Assembly: GCA_023450745.1 (NCBI GenBank)
Contig: JAEXGR010000026.1
Coordinates: forward strand, 8,219 to 72,218
From: Synergistota bacterium
Lineage (GTDB): Bacteria; Synergistota; Synergistia; Synergistales; Synergistaceae
Length of the DNA: 64,000 nucleotides
Direction of reading: 5' to 3'
Shown here: piece after piece, positions 17,831-26,052 of the stretch
How the letters are laid out: every line of letters begins with the position of its first letter
Numbering within the stretch: the stretch's first letter is position 1
Program-made: the position numbers and the translations under genes
Notes under the pieces: generated by a model
The model's input: only the letters and a program-made list of their open reading frames with translations
Told to the model about the DNA's origin: nothing
Databases searched by the model: none

Positions 17831-17958
17831 TAAATCGGCGCGAATAAGCACCGTATGCGTCATAAGTTGGTCCCTGAGCGTCCTCGCCGTATGAAAAATA
17901 CGGCTCCGGTACTCAGGGATCAACTTATTTAGCCTACGGCACTTCTTCGCGCCGATTT
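17831..17958 (+). repeat. Long-hairpin non-coding module 1
   Basis: Ends aaatcggcgcgaa / ttcgcgccgattt; inner stem ataagttggtccctgag / ctcagggatcaacttat; homologous to the reverse complement of about 18426-18541. Confidence 0.8.
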
Positions 17959-17979
17959 TCCTGCTATCAAGCGAAAGTG

Positions 17980-18313
17980 TAAACGCCGATTTATATTCGA
18001 TAGGGTGAAGGATAAATCGGGAGGTAGCAAAGGTTTTAGGCTCCCTCGCCGAGGGAGCTCCCCGCGAAGCGGGGTGAGGGAGATTTGACCTTGGTTTTAT
18101 GCTTTTCTCTTCTTTAAGAAGTTATGAAAACCTTAAGGCCAACGTCCAAACTCCCTCCGGCCCGGCGAAAACCCGTCGCCGGCCCACCTCCCTCCCTGAG
18201 GGAGGCTTTTAAGGCGCAAACCAAAATCGCTGAGCATCGGCAGATTGTTTTTTGTAACTAGCACGCTAAACCCTAGTTTATCCTTTAGCCCATCGAAGAT
18301 AAATCGGCGTTTA
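17980..18313. mobile_element. Non-coding module 2: 37-bp imperfect TIRs enclosing a REP-like doublet
   Basis: 17980-18016 vs reverse complement of 18277-18313 match at 33/37; the internal 18032-18210 is a reverse-complement homologue of the 189-bp unit at 24655-24843. Confidence 0.75.
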
Positions 18314-18541
18314 TAAGCAGAGAACCAAAACGCCGGTTTTGCGTTTTGTGTGATAAGTGAGATAGAAAATCTTTGATTTTCGTAATCGAACTTAATTTGT
18401 TCATCAATCGCTTAGGGTGTTCATCAGAAGTGCGAGTTGCTAAATAAAATGGGGGCTCTGATACCGGAGCCGTATCTGCATACGGCGAGGATTCGGAGCC
18501 CCCGTTTTATGACGCAAATCGTGCTTATAAACGCCGATTTA
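18300..18541. mobile_element. Non-coding module 3: perfect 20-bp TIRs; shares its left end with module 2
   Basis: TAAATCGGCGTTTATAAGCA at 18300-18319 and its exact reverse complement at 18522-18541, which includes the stop codon of the ABC ATPase. Confidence 0.75.
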
Positions 18542-19309
18542 CAGGCGCGGCAGCGCCTCCAGCAAAGCCCTGGTGTAGGGATGGCGCGGGGCGGCGAGCA
18601 CCTCTCTCGACGCGCCGCTCTCGCAGAGCCGGCCATCCTTGAGGACGATGATCTTTTGCGCCGCGCGGGCGGCGAGCAGCAGGTCGTGGGTGACGAAGAG
18701 CAGCGACATGCCCTTGTCGGTGCGGCGGCGTAGCACTTCGATGATTTCTCCGCGCGTCGAGGCGTCCTGCATGGAGGTCGGTTCGTCGCAGAGCAGCAGC
18801 TCCGGGTCGAGCATCAGGGCGCGCGCCAGTTCGACGCGCTGACGCTGTCCGCCTGAGAGGCCGACGGCTCGCGAGGAGAGGATTCTCTCCCCCGCAAGGC
18901 CGACCTCCGCGAGCAGCGCTTCGGCGCGCGCGCAGCGCGCCTCTTTCGCCCTCTTGACGCCCGCGATGATCTCCGGCTCCATCACGGCGTCGATCACCGA
19001 GAGGCCCGGCGGTATCGCGCCGTAGGGGTCCTGCGGAACGTATCCGCAGCGGCGGCGCAGGCTGTTGAGCTCCGGCGCAGGGACGCGCGCCGTGTCTTTG
19101 CCGAAGAGTTTGACGCTGCCTGCCGTGGGGGAGATGAGCGCGATTGCCGCGCGCAGCAGGGTGCTCTTGCCGCTGCCGGATTCTCCGACGACCGCAAGCG
19201 TCTCTTTCCGCGCCAGCGCGAGGTCCAGCCCGTCAAGGGCGCGGTGGCTCTTCGCGCCGCGCGAGCGAAAATCTACGGTAAGGTTTTTGGTCTCGATTAT
19301 CTTTTCCAT
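18539..19309 (-). CDS. Peptide/nickel-type ABC transporter ATPase (OppF/DppF-like)
   Basis: GESGSGKST, LSGGQRQRV, LLLCDEPTS, HPYT. Confidence 0.93.
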   Translation of the reverse strand: MEKIIETKNLTVDFRSRGAKSHRALDGLDLALARKETLAVVGESGSGKSTLLRAAIALISPTAGSVKLFGKDTARVPAPELNSLRRRCGYVPQDPYGAIPPGLSVIDAVMEPEIIAGVKRAKEARCARAEALLAEVGLAGERILSSRAVGLSGGQRQRVELARALMLDPELLLCDEPTSMQDASTRGEIIEVLRRRTDKGMSLLFVTHDLLLAARAAQKIIVLKDGRLCESGASREVLAAPRHPYTRALLEALPRL

Positions 19310-19322
19310 GAGTCAGCCATCC

Positions 19323-20087
19323 TTATAACATCGCCGCGACGAGCGCCTTTGTGTGCGCTTCGCGCGGCGCGTCTATCAGCTGGCGCGGCGTGCCGCTCTC
19401 GATCAGCTCCCCGTCCTTCATGACGAAGAGTTCGCCGCAGACCGAGGCCGCCATCGGCAGGTCGTGGGTTACTAAAAGGACCGTGAGGTCTTTTTCCCGC
19501 CTCAGCCGCTCCAACAGCCTGAGGATCGCCGCCTGAGTGACGACGTCGAGCGCCGTCGTCGGCTCGTCGGCGAGGACGAGCCGCGGTTCGCAGGAGAGGG
19601 CGAGCGCAATTGCGGCGCGCTGTTTCTGCCCGCCCGACAGCTCGTGCGGGTAGCGCGCGGCGACGGCGGCGGGCAGTTCGACCTCCGCGAAAAGTTCGGC
19701 GATTCGCTTTTCCGCGGCCTCTGCCTTGAGGCCGAGATGCAGCGCCAGCACTTCGCGCAGGTGACGGCCGATCGTCATCACCGGCGTGAAGGAGTTGAGC
19801 GCCCCCTGCGGGATGAGGGCGATCTCGCGCTGGCGCAGGGCGGACATCTTCGCTTCGGGGATGTTGAGTATGTCCCGTCCTTTATACAGGACGCTGCCGC
19901 TTGCGGCGCTGTCTTTCGGCAGCAGGCCGAGCAGGGTCATTATGATCGTGCTCTTGCCGCTGCCCGACTCGCCGATGAGCCCGCTGAAGGAGTTCTCCGC
20001 CAGCGCGAAGGATACGCCGCGCACCGCGGGGGTGGGGCGGGCCGATTTATTGTAGGTGACGCGAAGGTCATTTATTTCAAGTATCAT
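19323..20087 (-). CDS. Peptide/nickel-type ABC transporter ATPase (OppD/DppD-like)
   Basis: GESGSGKST, YPHELSGGQKQR, DEPTTALD; the ATG at 20087 overlaps the upstream stop (ATGA). Confidence 0.93.
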   Translation of the reverse strand: MILEINDLRVTYNKSARPTPAVRGVSFALAENSFSGLIGESGSGKSTIIMTLLGLLPKDSAASGSVLYKGRDILNIPEAKMSALRQREIALIPQGALNSFTPVMTIGRHLREVLALHLGLKAEAAEKRIAELFAEVELPAAVAARYPHELSGGQKQRAAIALALSCEPRLVLADEPTTALDVVTQAAILRLLERLRREKDLTVLLVTHDLPMAASVCGELFVMKDGELIESGTPRQLIDAPREAHTKALVAAML

Positions 20088-21259
20088 TTTCCGCTCAGCC
20101 TCGGGTCGATTTTTTCTTCCAGAAATTTGCCCATGTCCAGGAATATGAGGCATATCACGACGATGCCGAATCCCGGCGGCAGCAGCAGCCACCACGCGTT
20201 TTCGGTGAAGGCGCCGAAGGAGTGGGCCTCATGGAGCATGCGTCCCCAGGAGATGAGCCGCGGGTCGGAGAGGCCGAGGAAGGCGAGCCCCGCTTCGGCA
20301 AGGATCGCCCCCGGCACGCCGAGCGCGACGTTCGCGAGCAGGATCGGCGCCGTCTCGGGCACGAGGTGCCGCCAGAGGATATAGCCGCGTTTTGCGCCGA
20401 GCGCGCGCAGCGACTCCACCCAGGGGCTTTCGCGCACGGTGAGGACGAGCGCGCGCACGGAGCGTGCCGTGCCCATCCACGAGAAGATCGAAAGTATCAG
20501 CACGAGCTGCCAGAGCCCTTTGCCCCAGATGCCGGCGAGCACCATCAGAATGGGCAGCGTCGGTATCGAAAGCAGAATGTCGACCAAGCGCATGATCAGC
20601 GTGTCGCACCAGCCGCCGATATAGCCGGCGGCGAGGCCGAAGGCCATGCCGAGCAGGCTTGCGATGATCGTGGCGCTGACGCCGATGATCAGCGAGGTGC
20701 GGATGCCGTAGACGAGCATCGTGAAGACGTCGCGTCCGCGCTGGTCGGTGCCCAGCAGTCCCTGACGCTCGCCGGGCAGCGAAAGCTTAAGTTCGGCGCT
20801 CTCCGCGCCCTCGACGGTGAGGCGGTATTTGCCCCGCGCCGGAAAGAGATAGTCTACGCTGCGGCTGATGAGCGGCAGCCCCAGGGCCTGCTTGAAGATC
20901 ATGTCGCGGCCGTCCTGGTTTATCCAGTAGGCCGGCGCGCCGCTCAGTTCGTCGAGGGTGTAGTCCTTTTCCGGGGTGTGCCAGATCACGCGCACGACGG
21001 CCTCCGGCTTCGCGGATATTTTGCCGGTGAGGGAAAAGATCGCCGGCGGTTCTCTGTCCCATTCAAACTCGAGCGCGCCGTCTTTTATCTCGAAGGCGCG
21101 CGTCGCCGGCAGCGTGCCGCTGCGCCACCAGAGGGGCCGGGCGAAGGGCGCGCCCGCGATCGCGTAGGGCGACCGGCTCATCATGAGCGGGGCGAAGAGG
21201 CCGGCGAGGGAGATTATTATGAAGGCGATGACGCTTTTGCGCGCGAGGATGCCTCTCAT
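20084..21259 (-). CDS. ABC transporter permease (OppC-like)
   Basis: LLGTDQRGRDVF, EAGLAFLGL, SWGRML, WWLLLPPG. Confidence 0.92.
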   Translation of the reverse strand: MRGILARKSVIAFIIISLAGLFAPLMMSRSPYAIAGAPFARPLWWRSGTLPATRAFEIKDGALEFEWDREPPAIFSLTGKISAKPEAVVRVIWHTPEKDYTLDELSGAPAYWINQDGRDMIFKQALGLPLISRSVDYLFPARGKYRLTVEGAESAELKLSLPGERQGLLGTDQRGRDVFTMLVYGIRTSLIIGVSATIIASLLGMAFGLAAGYIGGWCDTLIMRLVDILLSIPTLPILMVLAGIWGKGLWQLVLILSIFSWMGTARSVRALVLTVRESPWVESLRALGAKRGYILWRHLVPETAPILLANVALGVPGAILAEAGLAFLGLSDPRLISWGRMLHEAHSFGAFTENAWWLLLPPGFGIVVICLIFLDMGKFLEEKIDPRLSGK

Positions 21260-22230
21260 TGTGTCTTGCCCTCGATGCGCACGCGCGGGTCCACAAGGCC
21301 GTAGGCGACGTCGGCGGCCAGGTTGCAGAAGACGGTGATGAGCGCGAGCAGGTAGAAGGAGGCTCCCGCGCTGGGGTAGTCGTGCCCGGAGATCGCCTCC
21401 AGCAGGAAGGTGCCGACGCCGTGCAGCGAGAAGACCGATTCCGTGATTACCGCGCCTGAGACCAGTCCCGGCACGGACATCAGGAGGATTGTGAGGATCG
21501 GCGGCAGGATCGTGCGGAAGGCGTGCCAGACGACGCGTCCGCGCGAAAGGCCACGGGCCCGCGCCATCAGCGCGAAATCCTCGTTCAGCGCGCGCACCAT
21601 GAGGTTGCGCACATAGAGCGCCCAGCCGCCGAACCCCATCAGCGAAAGGGAGATGACGGGCAGCGCCAGATGCCAGCCGTAGTCAAGAAAAATGTTGAGG
21701 GCTCCCGCGGGCGGCGGGACGGAGAGCGTGCCGCGCAGCGGGAAGAGCGGCAGCGCGCGCGCGAAGAGCATGAGCAGCACGAGCTGCACGAAGAAGCCGG
21801 GGAAGGAGGAGGTGACGGCGCTTGCGCGCAGCACGATCTTTTCCGCGAGCCTGCCGCGGTTGGTGGCGGCTTTGATTCCCAGCCAAACGCCCGTCAGGGC
21901 GGAGATCGCCATCGAGCTTGCCGTGAGGGTCAGCGTGACGGGCAGGCGTGAGAGAAGCTCGTCCCAGACCGGCTTGCGGCTCAGGAAGGAGAGCCCGAAG
22001 CTGAAGGTGAGCATCTGCTTGATATAGATAACGAACTGCTCCCACAGCGGGCGGTCCAGGCCGTAGAGGGCGCGCAGGTTTTCCTTCGCCTCCGGGGAGA
22101 ACGACGGGTCTATGATCGTGCTCACCGCGTCTCCGGGCATCAGGCGGAAGAGCAGGAAATTAAGCACCAGCACCGCCGCGAGCACGACGAACGATGAAAG
22201 AAGGCGTCTTAAAAACCAGCGCCCGCTCAT
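21256..22230 (-). CDS. ABC transporter permease (OppB-like)
   Basis: RLMPGD, YGLDRPLWEQF, ARARGL, ITESVFSLHGVG, VDPRVR. Confidence 0.92.
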   Translation of the reverse strand: MSGRWFLRRLLSSFVVLAAVLVLNFLLFRLMPGDAVSTIIDPSFSPEAKENLRALYGLDRPLWEQFVIYIKQMLTFSFGLSFLSRKPVWDELLSRLPVTLTLTASSMAISALTGVWLGIKAATNRGRLAEKIVLRASAVTSSFPGFFVQLVLLMLFARALPLFPLRGTLSVPPPAGALNIFLDYGWHLALPVISLSLMGFGGWALYVRNLMVRALNEDFALMARARGLSRGRVVWHAFRTILPPILTILLMSVPGLVSGAVITESVFSLHGVGTFLLEAISGHDYPSAGASFYLLALITVFCNLAADVAYGLVDPRVRIEGKTQ

Positions 22231-23903
22231 TTCGCGCCGCCTCCCAGCAGCCGGTAATGCGGATTTCTGCTCATCATCACGTACTCGCCGGGCTGATAGC
22301 TTTTGAGCATGAAGGGGCCGCTGCCGACCAGACCGCGCGGGCCGCCCGCGTTTTTGTCGTTGAGCGGGTCCCAGCTCTGCCAGTCCTTGATATTGTCGAT
22401 GACCTTGCGCGGTATCGCGGGAATGCCGGCGACGTTGTCGAGGTACCAGTAGCTGACGCCGTTCATCACCACGCGCAGCGTGTGGTCGTCGGGGACCTCC
22501 ACGCTCCTGATATTTTTTACCGCGTCGAAGAAGCGCGGAATTTTGTTTTTATGGATAAAGTCGATACTGGCCTTGACGTCGCGCGCCGTCAGCGGACTGC
22601 CGTCGTTCCAGCGGAGGCCGCGTTTGATTTTGAAGGTCAGCTCCGTGTGGCGCGCCCCGCCCTCGCCCGCCGTGCGGACCTCCCACGAGGCGGCGAGCCC
22701 CGGCATGTTTTCCAGCGTATAGGGGTTGGTCGAGAGCATCGATTCGTAAATCAGGCCGAGCACCTGCCACGAGTAGGCCGAGGAGGCGGTGAAGGGGTTG
22801 AGGTTGCGCGGCTCCTCCGGCAGCAGCATCGCGAGCGGGCGCATTCTGCCGTCCCGCGGTTCCGCGGTGAGCAGCGTCCAGATGTTGTCCGCCGTCATCT
22901 TGTCCGTGGTGAAGACGTTCTTCCATTTGGCGGAGATCGCCGCGACGGATATGCGGCTGTATATCGGCACGGAGGGCATCAGCTCAAGCAGCAGGCGCTG
23001 CGCCTCTTTAGAGGCCCTTTCGGCGGCGGCCCTGTCCGGCGCGTAGCGCAGCGCGGCGAGCGCCTTGTCCAGCCGCGCGTCCCTGATGCCCGCCATGTTG
23101 TAGCCGCCCTCGACGTCCATTTCGCTGTGATAGAAAGAATAGAGGGAGTCAGGGTTGCGCCCCATGCTCCAGGCGAGCACCGCCAGCGAATAATCCTTGC
23201 GGTCGAGCCGCGAGATCATCGTGGAAAAATCGAGGGGGTCCACCTCCGCGGGGAAGCCCACCGTTATGAGCGAGTCGGCGATCAATTCCGCGAGCTCCGC
23301 CGTCGTCGGCGCGACGCGGGCAAGCGGCGTCAGCAGCTTCATCGGGGGGAGCCTCCCGCCGTCGGGGGCGACCAGCATCCCCGCGAGGTCCCAGCTGTAA
23401 CCCTTTTTCTTCAGCAGCTCCCGCGCGGCGACGGGGTCGTAAATGTCCTCCGCGCTGTTGGCCAGCGCCCACGGCGATACCGGCGGCAGCCAGGAGTTGA
23501 TCGGCTCGCAGTAGCCGGAAAAAATCATGCGGACGATGCTGCTCCGGTCGATCGCCATCGCGGCGGCGCGGCGCAGGTCCTTATCCTTCCATGGCTCCGT
23601 CTGGTTGTTGAGCAGCAGAAAAAAGGCGTGCATCCCGCGCGCGAGCGACATCCGCAGGTCTTTATTCGTACTGAGGCGGTCGATGTCCGAGGGGCGCGCG
23701 ATGTCGCTTACGATGTCGAGCTCTCCCGCCTCGGCGGCCATGATCTGCGCGTCGGGGTTGGCGATGATCAGCATCGCCAGCTCCTCTATCTTCGGTCCGC
23801 GGATTTTGTCGATATCTATCTTTTCCGCGGCGCAAGAAAGCGCGGAAAAGAGCAAAACCATCAATACCGCTAAAATAGCGCGAAAGCTTTTTGTATTGTT
23901 CAA
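22227..23903 (-). CDS. Family 5 solute-binding protein (circularly permuted order)
   Basis: Signal peptide; family-5 motifs PGLAASWEV, WNDGSPLTARDV and GSGPF lie in the C-terminal third. Confidence 0.88.
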   Translation of the reverse strand: MNNTKSFRAILAVLMVLLFSALSCAAEKIDIDKIRGPKIEELAMLIIANPDAQIMAAEAGELDIVSDIARPSDIDRLSTNKDLRMSLARGMHAFFLLLNNQTEPWKDKDLRRAAAMAIDRSSIVRMIFSGYCEPINSWLPPVSPWALANSAEDIYDPVAARELLKKKGYSWDLAGMLVAPDGGRLPPMKLLTPLARVAPTTAELAELIADSLITVGFPAEVDPLDFSTMISRLDRKDYSLAVLAWSMGRNPDSLYSFYHSEMDVEGGYNMAGIRDARLDKALAALRYAPDRAAAERASKEAQRLLLELMPSVPIYSRISVAAISAKWKNVFTTDKMTADNIWTLLTAEPRDGRMRPLAMLLPEEPRNLNPFTASSAYSWQVLGLIYESMLSTNPYTLENMPGLAASWEVRTAGEGGARHTELTFKIKRGLRWNDGSPLTARDVKASIDFIHKNKIPRFFDAVKNIRSVEVPDDHTLRVVMNGVSYWYLDNVAGIPAIPRKVIDNIKDWQSWDPLNDKNAGGPRGLVGSGPFMLKSYQPGEYVMMSRNPHYRLLGGGAK

Positions 23904-23914
23904 CGCCGTTATCG

Positions 23915-24496
23915 TCAGTCTCCTTCCCGTGAGCGCACGACCCGGATCTCCCGTCCCGGCAGCGGTTTGCCGGCGATGATCTTGAGCATCATCCGGCCTA
24001 CCAGCACGCCGGTCTCAAAAGTCGGCTCCTCGCCTGCGCCCTCCATCGTCACCGAGTAGGCCTCCGGCGCCGTGAAGCCGAGGCAGACCGCGGGCACCCG
24101 CAGGCCGCGCGGAAAATTTTCCCCGTCGCACCAGATTAAGCCCTCGACATGCCGCCCGTCAAGCGTACTTAACTCGCGCCGCGCGCGCATCGCGTTTCCC
24201 TCCGTGGCTTTGAGCAGCAGCTCGTATTCCGAGTTCGCGAAGGCGCGGTCGACGCCGGCGAGAAAAGCTCCGAGCCACGGCCGGTTGAGGTCGCGCATCA
24301 CGATGCCGATCAGGCCGCTGGTGTTCGTCGAGAGGTTCCGCGCGTTGCGGTCAAGCTTATAGTCGAGGGCGCGCACGCTCTCCATCACCTTGATCTTCGT
24401 CTTTTCCGATATCCGGTGGTCGCCGCGAAGGACGCGGCTGACCGTGGCCTTGTCCACTCCCGCGTGATTCGCGACATCCTGCATGGTAACTTTCAT
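23915..24496 (-). CDS. Short LacI-family regulator (193 aa)
   Basis: VTMQDVANHAGVDKATVSRVL HTH, hinge ARNL; abbreviated effector domain. Confidence 0.88.
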   Translation of the reverse strand: MKVTMQDVANHAGVDKATVSRVLRGDHRISEKTKIKVMESVRALDYKLDRNARNLSTNTSGLIGIVMRDLNRPWLGAFLAGVDRAFANSEYELLLKATEGNAMRARRELSTLDGRHVEGLIWCDGENFPRGLRVPAVCLGFTAPEAYSVTMEGAGEEPTFETGVLVGRMMLKIIAGKPLPGREIRVVRSREGD

Positions 24497-24556
24497 AGGA
24501 ACACCTCTTCAAGGAACGCTGATTTGCCTCCCCGGCGATGTGGGCGCGCTTGTCAT

Positions 24557-24602
24557 TGCAACCGGTTGAATGGATTATATCAAAGTGCAGAAGCGGTGTA
24601 AA
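24557..24602 (-). promoter_or_regulatory. Promoter and LacI-type operator of the lacI-ABC operon
   Basis: Minus-strand TTTACA (24602-24597)-17 bp-TATAAT (24579-24574); palindrome tgCAACCGGTTGaa at 24557-24570 over the predicted start site. Confidence 0.7.
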
Positions 24603-24621
24603 TTGTTATTTGTGGGTAATT

Positions 24622-25227
24622 CAGGGCGACAGCATTTACTTTTTGCGTGCCCTTAAAGCCTCCCTCGCTGAGGGAGGTGGGCCGGCGGCGGGCTTCCGCC
24701 GGGTCGGAGGGAGTGTGCCCCTTGCTCTTGCCCTTAATCATGACTAAAAGAAGAAGTAAAGCATAAAACCAAGGTCAGAACTCCCTCAGTCTCGGCTTCG
24801 CCGATCCAGCTCCCTCGCGGAGGGAGCCTTAAAACCCCTGATTCGCGCCCCTTTAAAAGCCTCCCTCGCTGAGGCGGCCAGAGAGCCAAATCAGCGTTTT
24901 TCTGATTTGTGCGATTCGGCTGGTAGTTACATCAGAGGTGGGCCGGCGGTGGGCTTCCGCCGGGTCGGAGGGAGTGTGGCCCTTGCTCTTGCCTTTAATC
25001 ATAACTAAAAGAAGAAGTAAAGCATAAAACCAAGATCAGAACTCCCTCAGTCTCGGCTTCGCCGATCCAGCTCCCTCGCGGAGGGAGCCTTAAAACCCCT
25101 GATTGCTGTGCTTTGCGCCCACTTAAAGCCTCCATCGCGAAAAGGGGGCCAAAGGGCAAAGGAGCCCCATTCCGCGGGTTTTGCTTGACGTTTTGTGCCT
25201 TCCAAAAAAGTAAATGCTGTTGCCCTG
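24622..25227. mobile_element. MITE-like element (606 bp), same TIR family as 12233-12712, with two tandem 189-bp REP-like doublets
   Basis: CAGGGCGACAGCATTTACTTTT ... AAAAGTAAATGCTGTTGCCCTG; units 24655-24843 and 24856-25104 (the second has a 60-bp insert); no target duplication visible. Confidence 0.85.
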
Positions 25228-25262
25228 TATATCGCCTGGCGTCGATTCATTTCTTTGAAATA

Positions 25263-25305
25263 ACCCGCGGCCCCAAAGCGGTGTCTTCGCTTTGGGGCCG
25301 CGGGC
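25263..25305 (-). terminator. Terminator hairpin after the thioesterase gene
   Basis: cccgcggccccaaagcg / cgctttggggccgcggg inverted repeat. Confidence 0.7.
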
Positions 25306-25317
25306 TAGAATTTATTT

Positions 25318-26052
25318 TTACCGCCATCTGGACGAGAGCTTCGCGTACTCCGTGTCGTCTTCCGCGTGGCGCAGCGAGTGCAGGAAGCTTCTGCCGCTTT
25401 CGCCGGGAAGTTCCTGCGTAAGGCAGCGCACCCTTGTGCGCGGGACGGGATGAAGGAACTCTCCCTCGACGAAGACGGGGGCCATTTTGTCGGGCACTTC
25501 GTCCGGCACCGTGTCCAGCGCCCAGCTGAAATAGACGGCGTGGTTCGTGTGGTCGTTGACGTCCAGGTCCTGCCAGCGTACCTTCCACGGCTCTTCCAGC
25601 GTGGGCGCCGTCACCGCCGGCACCTTCACGTCGGCGGGCAGCTCCTCCGTCAGCCGCTCCATGAAAGCGCGCATCAGCTCGCACTTGTCGAGGCGTATCG
25701 GGCGTTGTTTGACGAAGTCGATGAGCACCCACCATGTATAGGCGGAGCCGAGAAACTCGCCGCGCGAATCCCAGAGCTTGAAGCTTCTCAGGGAGAAGAG
25801 GTTCCGGAAGGGTTCCGCGTAGGTCTTGATAAAGATATTGCCGCTTTCCTTCGTGGGATATTTTTCAAGGTCGACGCGGTACTTGCGCAGCACCCAGGTG
25901 ATGTCGTGCTCGAGCGTCTGGCGCACGGAGAGCCCGTACTTCGAGGCGTCTACGTCGGCCATCTGCTGGAACATCTCCAGCAGCACGGAGAACTTTAAGC
26001 GTCCGCGCGGGTCGATGCCGCTGAAAGGAAGGGCGTTCTCAAGCTCAGTCAT
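25318..26052 (-). CDS. Acyl-ACP thioesterase (double hot-dog)
   Basis: DLDVNDHTNHAVY catalytic motif, WVLRKYRV. Confidence 0.88.
   Translation of the reverse strand: MTELENALPFSGIDPRGRLKFSVLLEMFQQMADVDASKYGLSVRQTLEHDITWVLRKYRVDLEKYPTKESGNIFIKTYAEPFRNLFSLRSFKLWDSRGEFLGSAYTWWVLIDFVKQRPIRLDKCELMRAFMERLTEELPADVKVPAVTAPTLEEPWKVRWQDLDVNDHTNHAVYFSWALDTVPDEVPDKMAPVFVEGEFLHPVPRTRVRCLTQELPGESGRSFLHSLRHAEDDTEYAKLSSRWR

Noticed and set aside
18465..18490. GAGCCGTAT...ATACGG as a group II intron domain V
   Set aside because: The hairpin is too short, lacks the GNRA loop and bulge, and there is no domain VI or intron-encoded protein.
24612..25237. Target-site duplication for the second MITE
   Set aside because: The flanks GTGGGTAATT and TATATCGCCT do not match.
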